Shown here one piece after another: positions 8,477 to 18,783 of a DNA stretch of 64,000 nt. Numbering within the stretch: position 1 is the first letter of the stretch; each line of letters begins with the position of its first letter. The position numbers and the translations under genes were made by a program. The stretch spans positions 512,001 through 576,000 of the forward strand of contig OY970194.1 of assembly GCA_963708075.1 (NCBI GenBank). The letters run 5' to 3'. This DNA comes from Sedimentisphaerales bacterium (GTDB lineage: Bacteria; Planctomycetota; Phycisphaerae; Sedimentisphaerales; Anaerobacaceae). The notes under the pieces are model-generated. The model worked only from the letters and a program-made list of their open reading frames with translations. It was not told the origin of the DNA and did not search any database.

Positions 8477-9973
8477 TTGCGGAGTCAGAAAATGCTTATG
8501 CCTTTATTCGTCGCGGCGTTGCTTGCCTTGGCCGGTGCGGATGCGGAAAGCGGGGCGGCACTCGGCATCTTTCAGAAGTCTGCGGATGTCGGCAAGGTCA
8601 GCCATGCCGGCTTGGCAAAGTATGACGCAGGCGCGAAAGCCCATACCATCACCGGTGGCGGGGCGAATATCTGGGGCAGTGAGGACGCATTCCACTACGT
8701 CCGGCGAGAGCTCTCCGGCGATGTGGCTATGACGACTGACGTGCAGTGGCAGGGCACGGGCCTCGATCCGCACCGCAAGGCCGGCTGGATGATCCGCCAG
8801 AATCTTGAGCCCGGCTCCCCGTACGTGGACGCCGTGGTGCACGGGGATGGACTGATCTCGCTGCAATACCGGCGGGCGGCCAACGGGCCTACGGAGGAGA
8901 TTCGAGCCGCCTTCTCCGCTCCCGCGACGCTTCGCCTTGAACGCCACGGGGACGTCTTCACGTTATCTCTGTCCCGCGACAAGGGGCCGTTTCAGCCGGT
9001 CGGCTCTTTGTCGGTGACTTTGCAGGACCCGGTACTTGCCGGACTGATCGTGTGCTCGCACAACGACTCCGTAACGGAGACTGCCGTCTTCTCGAATGTG
9101 GATCTGAAGACTATGGGCAAGCCGAAAGCTGAGGATCGGGTCATTGAAAGCACGCTGGAGACGCTCTCCGTCCAGACGGGCGAGCGGCGGATCATCTATC
9201 GTGCCCGGCGGCATTTCGAGGCGCCGAACTGGTCGCGCGACGGCAGCTTCCTCCTGTTCAACAGCAACGGCCGGCTCCATACGATTCCGGTCAACGGCGG
9301 AGAGCCGAAGCAGTTGGATACGGGCGTCGCCATCAAGTGCAACAACGATCATGGGTTCTCGCCGGACGGCAAGTGGCTGGCCGTCAGCGATCAACACGAG
9401 GGCGACTCTCGCATCTATGTTCTTCCGAGCAGCGGGGGAGCGCCCCGGCTGGTCACGCCGCTGGGCCCATCCTATTGGCACGGCTGGTCGCCCGACGGAC
9501 GCACCCTCGCCTACTGTGCCGCACGCAACAACGAATACGACGTCTACACCATCGCCGTCGAGGGCGGCACGGAGCGCCGGCTGACCGACGCCAAAGGCCT
9601 GGACGACGGCCCGGACTACTCGCCGGACGGCCGATCCATCTACTTCAACTCCGAGCGCAGCGGCCTGATGCACATCTGGCGGATGAACGCCGACGGCTCG
9701 GCCCAGGAGCAGGTGACCTCCGACGCGGACTACGCCGACTGGTTCCCGCATCCATCCCCCGACGGCAAGCTCCTGGTCTTCCTCTCATTCGACAAGACCG
9801 TTCAAGGCCACCCGGCGAACAAGGACGTGACGTTGCGGATCATGGACCTGCCCACGGGCAAGCCCAGGACCTTGGCGCGATTGTTCGGCGGCCAGGGCAC
9901 GATCAATGTCCCCTCCTGGTCCCCCGACAGCCGCCGGGTTGCCTTCGTCAGCTACCGCCTGATAGCGCCCTGA
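8477..9973 (+). CDS. TolB-like PD40 beta-propeller protein with N-terminal beta-sandwich
   Basis: Multiple WSPDG/FSPDG repeats; signal peptide. Confidence 0.85.
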   Translation: MRSQKMLMPLFVAALLALAGADAESGAALGIFQKSADVGKVSHAGLAKYDAGAKAHTITGGGANIWGSEDAFHYVRRELSGDVAMTTDVQWQGTGLDPHRKAGWMIRQNLEPGSPYVDAVVHGDGLISLQYRRAANGPTEEIRAAFSAPATLRLERHGDVFTLSLSRDKGPFQPVGSLSVTLQDPVLAGLIVCSHNDSVTETAVFSNVDLKTMGKPKAEDRVIESTLETLSVQTGERRIIYRARRHFEAPNWSRDGSFLLFNSNGRLHTIPVNGGEPKQLDTGVAIKCNNDHGFSPDGKWLAVSDQHEGDSRIYVLPSSGGAPRLVTPLGPSYWHGWSPDGRTLAYCAARNNEYDVYTIAVEGGTERRLTDAKGLDDGPDYSPDGRSIYFNSERSGLMHIWRMNADGSAQEQVTSDADYADWFPHPSPDGKLLVFLSFDKTVQGHPANKDVTLRIMDLPTGKPRTLARLFGGQGTINVPSWSPDSRRVAFVSYRLIAP

Positions 9974-9990
9974 GCGGGTCTCCGTTCCGC

Positions 9991-12900
9991 TTATCGCCGG
10001 CCACCGGTGGCTGCGAGCAACTTGTCCAATGGGACATCATCTTTCGGGAGCTCGCCGTTGGGGACCACGATGTGGAACCTGCTTCCTTTGCCCTTGGCGC
10101 TCTTGATCTTCATCCGCCCGCCGAGCAACTCGACGCGCTGGCGGATGCTGAGTAGCCCAAGTCCGGAGGTCTCTCTCAGCTCCTGCGGGTCGAATCCGCA
10201 CCCCCGATCCAGCACGGACAGGCACAGGTACCGACCCCTCCGGCACACCCGGATTCGGGCCTCGTGGATCCCAGCGTGCTTGATCACGTTGAACAGCATT
10301 TCCTGGGTGGCCCGGAACAGGAACATCGTCATTGCTTCCGATTGGGGCATTGACTCGCCATTGATCTGGACATGAACCGTGAGGCCATGCTTTGCCTGCA
10401 TATGTCTTGCCAGCCAGCCAAGAATTTCGGCGAGATCATTCATGTGCAGCACGGCCGGGCTCAACTCATAAGACAAGCCGCGGGACTTCTCTATCGCTTC
10501 CTTCAACATTCCATCGACCTTGGCCGCAATCGCCTGCTGCGGCGGATCGTGCCTGAGCCGGCTGCTTAGCAGGCTCAGATGGAACTTGGCCCCGGCGATG
10601 TATTGCTGCAGATCCTCGTGCAGGATCGCCGCGATGCGCTTGCGCTCCCGGTCCTCTGCCTGCGACAACTCCAGCGTCAGCTTCTGAAGCTGCTTCGCGC
10701 GCTTCTCCAGTTCCGCCGTCCGCTCAGCGACTCTGTTCTCCAGTGTCGCGTTCAACTCCCGTAGCGATTCCAGTGTGCGGCTGTTGCGCAAGGCGATGGC
10801 GACCAGCTCGCCAAAAGTGGCGGCCAGAGTCGCGTCGTGGTCGGTGAACCCGCCCGGCTTGTTTCCCAGCCCGAGCAGGCCGATAGTCTGTCCATCAACG
10901 ACCATGGGGGCAAACAGGACGCTCTCCAGGCGCACGTGACCGGCCGGAAGCAACTCGGCCCAGGAACTGTTGGCAAAGTCGTTGTGATACATGACCCGGC
11001 CGGCGCGATAGACCTCTGCTCGGAACCCTCGCACGGGCATCGGCAGCGATGGGTCCACCGTGCAGGACAACCCGCCGGGCTCCAGAAACAGCACTTGGCT
11101 GTTCTGACCGTCCGGTGTCAGCACCGCCACGTATCCGGCCGCTGCTCCCAGCAGCCCGCGGCACGCGTTGAATACCATCTGGATCGCCGAGACCAGGTCT
11201 CGACACTCCAACACCGCGCGGGTGCAGGTCATCAAGGCTGAAATCTCGGCACACCGCTGCCGGGCATCCAGCAATGCCGCTTTCATCGCCTCCTCGGCCC
11301 GCTTGCGCTCGGTGATGTCGCGGCCCACTCCCTGAATCTCCACGACCCGGCCGTCACCATCAAGGATCGCCCGGTTGATCCAGTGATGCACGCGCACCCG
11401 GCCCTTTCCGTCGATCACAGAGTGTTCGAGCGATACGATGGGGTTCTCTCGGGAAAGTCTTCCGATTTCGTGCTTCAGCCTCGCCCTTTCCTCTTTCGGA
11501 ATCATTGGCAGGAAGCTCACCCCATATACATCGTCCTTCTTCTTGCCGAAATACGTAAGACTCGCCTCGTTCATGAAAATGAGTTCACCGCTGGGCAGGA
11601 ACCGCGTCACAAATTCCGTCTGATCTTCGACAATTGCCCGGTACACCTCCTGGCTGTGCCTCAACTGCTCCTCGGCTTGTTTGCGGGCGGTGATATCGAG
11701 GATGGAGGCGAGCCAGCCCACGACCTCACCCTGCCCGTTCCTCTCGGGAACGTACGTCACGCGCATGAACCGAGTGCCGATTCTCTGGTAGGGGATTTCG
11801 GTTCTCGTATTCAACCCGCTGGCCTTGCAAGACCCTTTCGATGTAGGGGCGAATCGTCTCGAATGCTTCCTTGCCCAGAATCTCGACGATGGGCTTGCCG
11901 ACGATTTCTTCCGGCGGACGGCCGAACATCCCGGCGCAGGCACGGTTCACGAAGACGTATCGCAGGTCGCGGCTCAATCGTGTCAGCAAGACTGGCGTCG
12001 CATCGGCGATGAGCTGGAGCTCAGCTTCCTTTGCAAGCAGCGCCTCTTCTGCCCGCTTGCGCTCCGTGATGTCGCGGATGATGGTCTGGATAGCCCGTGC
12101 CCCCTGGGAATCCACCGGCGCCGTGTGGAACTCAACAGCAATTTCTTGCCCATCCAGGCGAAGGAGCGTGGCCTCTCGTGGAGGGAGCCTGTCGCCTGTC
12201 ATTGCCGTGCGCGTCCGCTCGACGGCCAGTTCGCGGTCCTGAGGCCGAAAGAAGTCCAGGACGGTATGGCGAGCCAGCCGCTCGAAGCTCCGCGCACCCG
12301 TAAGGGCCAGGGCCGCGCTGTTGGCGTAGAGAAACCTGCCGTCCCGGTGCACAACGATGGCATCCGGTGCGGTCTCGAACAGTGTCCGGTAGCGATCCTC
12401 GCTTTCGCGCAGCGCCTTCTCCAGCGAGATTCCCCAGACGTGAGACTCGCGCACGGAGGCGACCGCCGCGATGAGCATGTACAGGCCGCCGAGCGCCTGG
12501 GTCGCGCGGCCCGTCCAGCCGAGGATGCTGGCGTGGTAGGTCTGGAGCATTACCCCGAAAAGTCCGACCGCAATCAGCAGGAGGCCAAGGGCATACCAAT
12601 ATGCGAAGGCAGACATGGTTCTGCGGCTCGCCGAACCCAGCCGCAGAGCGGTGAGGGCGAACATGGCGATAGCGGAGATCAGCACGATCTGACGCACCGG
12701 CGTCCCGCCACGCTCCTCGATAAAGAAGGCCGGTATCCAACCTGCGAGCGCTGACAGGGTGACCAGCATGACAGCGCCAACGGCAAGCGCGCAGGCAGCC
12801 AGCAACCATAAAGCCGGCGGAGACAGGGACCGCCTTGGCCGCAGCGAGAGAGACACGCCGGCCAGATGGCACAGGCCGGACAGCCATACGCAGCTATTGT

Positions 12901-13297
12901 AGATGGTTATACTGATGTTGGCATCGCCACGGGCGGCGGCGGTCGCCACCACACCGGCAGGACCCCAAATGACCACGCCGCAACCCAGCAGCAGCAGTCC
13001 CGGCGAGGCGCTGACCAGAAAGCTTCGCGTGATGAGGTACGCGACGAACAGGCACACCAGTGTCGAGAAGACGAGGTTCAGGGTCAATAGCAGATAAAGC
13101 GACTCATGGGTGCCCTGCTGGTCAGTAGCCCAGAATATGATCAGCACCGCCAGGAGGACAGGGACAGGCAGCCACGCCAGCCGACCGAGACGGGACCGGC
13201 GCGCATCACCAACCTGTAACGAGTTCGGATTCCTGCCCATCACTCGCCCACTGCGGGGCCTCCAGCAACACAGGAGCATCCACGGCCGACTTGCCAA
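9991..13297 (-). CDS. Membrane PAS/GAF sensor histidine kinase (HisKA_3 type); apparent +1 frameshift ~11805
   Basis: N-terminal multi-TM region, three PAS/PAC (RDITERK), GAF, ERKRIAAILHE H-box, DRGCGF and GLGL; RVEYE continues as TEIPY in the next frame. Start uncertain. Confidence 0.85.
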
Positions 13298-13348
13298 AGT
13301 GAGCTAAGGAGCGCCAGCGGTATCGTACAGAGCGACTCACAGGAAACA

Positions 13349-13367
13349 ACTAAGGAAATTCCTTAGT
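13349..13367. promoter_or_regulatory. Perfect palindrome ACTAAGGAA-A-TTCCTTAGT, candidate regulator site
   Basis: Read directly; lies just upstream of the kinase gene. Confidence 0.5.
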
Positions 13368-13373
13368 CGCGCG

Positions 13374-14222
13374 TCAAAGCAAGCCCGCTTCGGCAAACAT
13401 CTGTCGGACAAGCTCGATGGATTTGGCAAGACATTCCTTGCCGTACGCGGCCGTGGCGTCGCGCGGGTCCTCACCGCCGACCCCTTGCGGCCACGTGGAG
13501 CGAGACTGGGGCAACTGGGACAGGTCCACCAGGTCCGGCTTCAGGTGCATCATCAGGGAGGTCTCATTGCGGGCGGCGTGGTCCACCTGGCTTCTCCACC
13601 CAACAATTTCCTTGGTGACTCCGAAGAGCTTGAGGCCGAAGCGTGCCTGTCGCTCGGACAGATTCTCGGCCCATGACCATCGCGAGGGCCCGTGACCATC
13701 GGCGAAGACGGCGCGAAAGCCGGCGCGTTTGAGTTGCGCGAGGATCGCATCGACCATGAGCAAATGGAACCCGTTGGGGACCCAGTAGCAGCTTCCATCC
13801 AATTGCCGCGGCGGGGTGGTGGACTCGGCATAGTCCATGCCGACGAGCATCTTCCCGTCGTCAGCCGGTTTGGCGCGGTCCGGTCCGAGGTAGATCGGCG
13901 GGATCACAATCCCGCCGAACCGGCGTGCACACTCCGCCATGAGCCCCTCGCTCTGCATCGCATCGGAGCCCAGGGGGAGGTGCTCCCCGTGCCATTCGAG
14001 AGTGCCCAGAGGCAGATAGGCAATGGGCTTCTGGGCGAGCCTCTTACGAAACTCATGCGGCAGAAGCTCGTCAAAGCGCACCTTGACCGTCGTGGCCGCG
14101 TTCTCCTTCGATTCCGGGCCGGCTGCTGCAATGGACTGCACGCCCGGCACGATCCCTGCCGATGCGCCGGCGATGCCGGCGACGAGAATGTCACGACGCG
14201 ATGGATACTCGGCTTCTTGCAC
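13374..14222 (-). CDS. Creatininase-family amidohydrolase, Tat signal
   Basis: PLGTLEWHGEHLPLGSD, GHG, DHAARNETS motifs; SRRDIL. Confidence 0.88.
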   Translation of the reverse strand: MQEAEYPSRRDILVAGIAGASAGIVPGVQSIAAAGPESKENAATTVKVRFDELLPHEFRKRLAQKPIAYLPLGTLEWHGEHLPLGSDAMQSEGLMAECARRFGGIVIPPIYLGPDRAKPADDGKMLVGMDYAESTTPPRQLDGSCYWVPNGFHLLMVDAILAQLKRAGFRAVFADGHGPSRWSWAENLSERQARFGLKLFGVTKEIVGWRSQVDHAARNETSLMMHLKPDLVDLSQLPQSRSTWPQGVGGEDPRDATAAYGKECLAKSIELVRQMFAEAGLL

Positions 14223-14245
14223 GGTCCATCTCCTTTCGGATCTCC

Positions 14246-15211
14246 CTATATCTTCTCAAACTGAGCGAGCACGTAATCCCGTGCCACCGGGACCTCGGGG
14301 AGCGAGAGATGCTCGACCGCCAGGTAGATCTCGCGGTCCAGTTCCGCCAGCAGCCGCAAGTACAGCGGGTAATCGAGCACGCCTTTGCCCGCAGCGGGCA
14401 GCTCGGTGTCATCGGCGTTGGCCGCCGCTTTGACGTCCTTGGCGTGCGCTATGACCGTCTGCTTGCCGACTCTCTGGAAGATGTCCTTGAGCATCGGCTG
14501 CATCCGGGCAAGCTCCGCTTTTCGGAAGTAGTTGCACGGGTCCATCACCAGCTTGAGGGCGGGCGACTTCACATCGCGGAACAGTCGCTCCGCACGCTCG
14601 GCGGAGCCGATGACATTCTTCCAGTAGGCCTCGATGGAAATCACGGCCCCCGTCTTCTCGGCAAGCCTGGCGAACTTCTCCAGTGACGTCCGGCACTGCT
14701 GGTAGGCTGCTTCCGTCGCGTTCTCGGGCGAATCGTTCCACTCCGACTCGGCGTTGCGCGACCCGGTCTCGGTGGAGATGTTATTGGAGCCCAGGCGCTT
14801 CCAGTTCTCGATCAGGAACTGCATCCGCTGCTCGCCGCGTTTGCGGTCTTCCGCGTTCGGCGCGACGACATTGTAGTAGCCGTACAGGCCAACGACCTTG
14901 ATTCCGTTGCGATCCAGGGTGCTTGTGATCTTGTTCGCCGCCTCCCAATCGGGCGCGAAGGGATCGAATCGCACGTCGGCGAAGTTGCCCTCCAGCACGA
15001 CGCCGCTGAAGCCATCGGCTTTGATCCTTTTCGCCGCCTCCTCCAGGGGCAGCCCGGCGTACACACCCGTAAAGATCGCCAGCTTGAGGTTCTTCTTCGC
15101 CCTGGCTCTGAGGTCGTCGGCCGCCCGGCCGGCCAGCGGCGTGGCGAGGGCGACAGCTCCGGCGAGCTTCAGGCAATCACGACGAGACAACCATCCGTTT
15201 TGCTCTTTCAT
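14246..15211 (-). CDS. Sugar phosphate isomerase/epimerase (xylose isomerase-like TIM barrel), Tat signal
   Basis: ISIEA, MDPCNY, HAKD, AVEH metal motifs; SRRDCLK. Confidence 0.88.
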   Translation of the reverse strand: MKEQNGWLSRRDCLKLAGAVALATPLAGRAADDLRARAKKNLKLAIFTGVYAGLPLEEAAKRIKADGFSGVVLEGNFADVRFDPFAPDWEAANKITSTLDRNGIKVVGLYGYYNVVAPNAEDRKRGEQRMQFLIENWKRLGSNNISTETGSRNAESEWNDSPENATEAAYQQCRTSLEKFARLAEKTGAVISIEAYWKNVIGSAERAERLFRDVKSPALKLVMDPCNYFRKAELARMQPMLKDIFQRVGKQTVIAHAKDVKAAANADDTELPAAGKGVLDYPLYLRLLAELDREIYLAVEHLSLPEVPVARDYVLAQFEKI

Positions 15212-15237
15212 GGCAACCTCCCATCATTTGCTCCGTC

Positions 15238-16434
15238 TCAGGATGCTTTTACGCTCTGCACGCTCCCGCGATGCAGGGGACTTCTGTTCAGGTGCAGGAT
15301 CTTGGCGCCCTCAATGCCGTTGAATTTTGTGGATGAGGCGATGCTGTAGGCGCCTATGTTCTCTGTGTAAAGGTAGTCGCCGATTTCCAGATTTGCCGGA
15401 AGCTGCTCCGAGAGGGAGATCTTGTCGAAGCTGTCGCACGTAGGCCCGACCACGGCGCAGACCTCCGTGTCGCCTTCCTTGAAGGCGTGGAAATTGGGAA
15501 TCCAGTGATCGTAGACGACGCCGGAGAATGTGTGGTAGACGCCGTCGTTGATATAGTAGAAGATCTTGCCGTCTCTCCTGGCCTTTCCCACAATCTGGGA
15601 AATCAGCCCGGCGGCCGTGGCCACCATGAATCGTCCCGGCTCGGCGAGGAGCTCCACGTCCGGCGGGAAGAGCCTCGTGCACTCGGCGTTGATGACTTCC
15701 GCCAGTCTCGCAAACTGCGGGACCCGCGAATCGTAGGGGACGGGGAAGCCACCGCCGATATCCACGATCTTCACATGGTAACCTCTCTTGCGTGCGTCGT
15801 GCAGGATTTGCGACGCGATGTCCAGCGCGGCGGCGTAGTTATCGAAATTCGTGCACTGGCTCCCGACGTGGAAGCTCAATCCCTCGACCACCAGCCCCAG
15901 GTCAAATGCCTGTTGGATCAAGCCCCGTGCATCGCCGGGCTCGGCGCCGAACTTGGAACTCATCTCCACCTGCGAGCCGATGTCCGGCACCTTCAGCCGC
16001 AAGACCAGGCCGGCGGTGTCGCAATGCTCTTTGATCTTCTTCAACTCGTCCACGTTGTCATACGTGACCAGCGGCTTATACCGCCTGATCTTGCGGAGCG
16101 TTTCGGCATCCTTGATCGTGTTGGAGAAGATGATCTTGTCCCAGATGTAGAAATCCTTTTCCTTCGCCTCGAAGCCCGCGATGTACTCATAGACCTGCAT
16201 GAACTCATTGTACGAGGCCACGTCAAAGCTCGCACCTTCCTCGAACAGCGTCCGGACGATCTCCTGGTTGGAGTTCGCCTTTACCGCATAGTACGCCTGG
16301 ACCCTGGGCAGGTGCTTCTTGAACGTGCGATAGTTTTCCCTGATCCGATCGTGATCGATGATGAATAGGGGAGTCCCGTGTTCCTGTGCTAATCCGAGCG
16401 CTTGTTCCTTCATTCCCTTGCTACTCCATATCAC
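15238..16434 (-). CDS. Type III (alanine-racemase fold) PLP-dependent ornithine/lysine decarboxylase
   Basis: YYAVKAN (PLP Lys), SFHVGSQ, DIGGGF, AEPGRF, GPTCDSFD; GTGA overlap with the upstream gene. Confidence 0.9.
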   Translation of the reverse strand: MIWSSKGMKEQALGLAQEHGTPLFIIDHDRIRENYRTFKKHLPRVQAYYAVKANSNQEIVRTLFEEGASFDVASYNEFMQVYEYIAGFEAKEKDFYIWDKIIFSNTIKDAETLRKIRRYKPLVTYDNVDELKKIKEHCDTAGLVLRLKVPDIGSQVEMSSKFGAEPGDARGLIQQAFDLGLVVEGLSFHVGSQCTNFDNYAAALDIASQILHDARKRGYHVKIVDIGGGFPVPYDSRVPQFARLAEVINAECTRLFPPDVELLAEPGRFMVATAAGLISQIVGKARRDGKIFYYINDGVYHTFSGVVYDHWIPNFHAFKEGDTEVCAVVGPTCDSFDKISLSEQLPANLEIGDYLYTENIGAYSIASSTKFNGIEGAKILHLNRSPLHRGSVQSVKAS

Positions 16435-17615
16435 GAGCCGAGCTTCTTCATGAGCTTCTTGAGAGCCTCGATCTCTTTGTTGTTTTCGAGGTAAGACTCC
16501 ATCAGCTTCTCATGGAGCTCCTGCCCGCGATCATATAGCCGTTTCAACTTCTTGGGTTTCGTGGTTTGTACCGTGTAAGCCACCATCATCGGCAAGGCGG
16601 CCGTGACATCGAGGTAGGCCGTCACGGTCTCCTCCAGCCTCGCCGGATCGATCTTGCCCCAGCTTACCGCCTCGCTCGGCGGCGCCCCGGAGAGTCCACC
16701 GGTGTCCGGCCGGGCGTCCGTCACGTTGATATCGTAGTCCTGGCCGGCTTCCGGGATCATCAGGACTTCCTGAATCTGCGGCTCCGTCTGAAGCATGAAG
16801 TTCTTCGGACTTCCGCCGCCGATGAGGATGACCCCGGTCTTGCCGTTCTCGTATTTCTTCGCGTTCAGGATGATGGCCGTCGAGTCGTTGACGTCGATGC
16901 TCGGATTGATCTTCAGCTTGAACGTATCCTGCAGGCCCGACGCTTCAGCAAGCAGTTCCAGCCCCGCCACGTTCATCCCGATGGTCGAATCCCCCGGCGA
17001 GGACGTGAAGACGGGAATCCCGTTGCGATAGGCCGCAGCCAGGATGCTTACCTGGCCGATGCCGTTCTTACGCTCATGCTCGTCGAGGATCTTCCCGAGA
17101 TAATAGTAGAATTCCCGCGTGCCCATTTCTTTCTGGAATTCCGGCCGGACCAGAATCTGCCGCAACTGCCGGTCGGTTTCCATCAGGACGTCTTCATAAT
17201 CGAACAGGATGTCGTAGATCCTCGTGACGCCCGTCTTCCGCAGGTCGGCGTCATCGACGGCGTGGCTGCCCCGGTGCATCGGCAGATTGAACGCGAAATG
17301 CAAATCATGATACATGTTCGCGCCGGTCGCCGTGAGCCAGTCCACAAAGCCGTGATTCATCAGGGGGATGATCGCGGCAGGCCCGAGTCCCGCCGGCGTC
17401 AGGGCGCCCGCCATGCTCAAACCCACGGTTACGTCTTCCGGGGAGTACTTGTCTCTCAGTAGATGACACGCGGCCCGCAACCTGCCGCCATTGTAGGCGT
17501 CCATGCTGTCGATCAACTGCACGACGTTCGTGGTTGCCGAGATCGGCTCCGGCAGAATCCGCTTGCCGCAGAGATATTTTGACTTGCTCGAATGCTGTGC
17601 CTTCTCTTTTCCCAT
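16431..17615 (-). CDS. Deoxyhypusine synthase-like protein (homospermidine biosynthesis family)
   Basis: TGANMYHD, GGGSPKNF, DTGGLSGA and EAVSWGKI (catalytic Lys) motifs. Confidence 0.92.
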   Translation of the reverse strand: MGKEKAQHSSKSKYLCGKRILPEPISATTNVVQLIDSMDAYNGGRLRAACHLLRDKYSPEDVTVGLSMAGALTPAGLGPAAIIPLMNHGFVDWLTATGANMYHDLHFAFNLPMHRGSHAVDDADLRKTGVTRIYDILFDYEDVLMETDRQLRQILVRPEFQKEMGTREFYYYLGKILDEHERKNGIGQVSILAAAYRNGIPVFTSSPGDSTIGMNVAGLELLAEASGLQDTFKLKINPSIDVNDSTAIILNAKKYENGKTGVILIGGGSPKNFMLQTEPQIQEVLMIPEAGQDYDINVTDARPDTGGLSGAPPSEAVSWGKIDPARLEETVTAYLDVTAALPMMVAYTVQTTKPKKLKRLYDRGQELHEKLMESYLENNKEIEALKKLMKKLGS

Positions 17616-17854
17616 CGTTCGTCCTGTTCAGACCTCTTCAATACCATGTGAACCTGTCTATTCATCGGGGGGGTCGTGACATCCTCCCGTACACGTTGGC
17701 CGGCATTCTACACGATCTGCCCGGCTACGTGAAGCATAATGCGGAGCAACCAGGCATTTCAGGTGTTGCCTCGCAGTTGACCTCAGGCGTGCCTGAGAGT
17801 ACTTTACGCTCAGTTGGCAACACGTACAAACACGCTTCACGAAAGGATAGACGC

Positions 17855-18721
17855 ATGGCAGTCTCCACTCGGCGACAATTCCTCCAAGCCTCCATCACAG
17901 CGGCCGCAGCCCCTTCCGCCGTGACGAGCCAGTCGGGCGTTCACGTAAACCACGATCTGCACACGCACACCATCTATTCGGACGGGGCCAGCACGATCCC
18001 GCTGCACGTGTTGGAGGCTCGGGCGTTCGAGCTGGATGCGATCGCCATTACCGACCATTACACCCCCGGCAGCAAGATCTACGAGTCACAAGCCGACTTT
18101 GATCGCTACGTGGCCGAGATTGAGCGAGAACGATCAGCCCAGCAGGATGTGATCGTGTTGAAAGGTGCCGAGGCCACGGCATTGGATGCGACCGGCCGCA
18201 TCAGCATCGATGCTCAGCACGCCGCGCAACTGGAGTGGGTGCTGTGTGACTTGGGCGGCCTCTCGGAAGGCACGCTCCGCAAGACGCCCTCCCATAAGCA
18301 GACCTACATCGAGAACGTGGTGAAGACCTACCTCGGACTCTGTGACGTGGAGTACCTCGACGCGATCGCGCATCCGTTCAACACGGGCAACACCCGCCCG
18401 GCGGCTCTGCCTGCGGACTACCCGCCGGCCCTGCTGAAGGAGTTGGCGACGAAGATGGCCGCCAGGAGGAAGGTGTTTGATGTGATGAACGACATGATCT
18501 ACTGGTTCCATCAGGCGTCCATCGCGCCGCGGGAGTTCACCGCGCAGTACGTGGAACTGGTCAAGCTCTTTGCCGCGGAGGGAGTGATGTTTCAGGTCTC
18601 CTCAGACGATCACCGCACGGGGCTGGGCAACACGCGCTGGGCCCAACTGGTAGTGTCACGGGCTCAGGTGCCCGCAAAGCAAATCGTCGATTCCCAACAG
18701 ATCGCCCGCCGGCGCCGATAA
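17855..18721 (+). CDS. PHP domain metallohydrolase, Tat signal
   Basis: DLHTHTIYSDG, ITDH, AHP, SSDDH; TRRQFL after ATG at 17855. Confidence 0.85.
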   Translation: MAVSTRRQFLQASITAAAAPSAVTSQSGVHVNHDLHTHTIYSDGASTIPLHVLEARAFELDAIAITDHYTPGSKIYESQADFDRYVAEIERERSAQQDVIVLKGAEATALDATGRISIDAQHAAQLEWVLCDLGGLSEGTLRKTPSHKQTYIENVVKTYLGLCDVEYLDAIAHPFNTGNTRPAALPADYPPALLKELATKMAARRKVFDVMNDMIYWFHQASIAPREFTAQYVELVKLFAAEGVMFQVSSDDHRTGLGNTRWAQLVVSRAQVPAKQIVDSQQIARRRR

Positions 18722-18783
18722 CGTGATGCGCGGCAGGCCGCCGACAGAACTTCAGAGACAACCGATGAAGGGGAGATTCAAGA

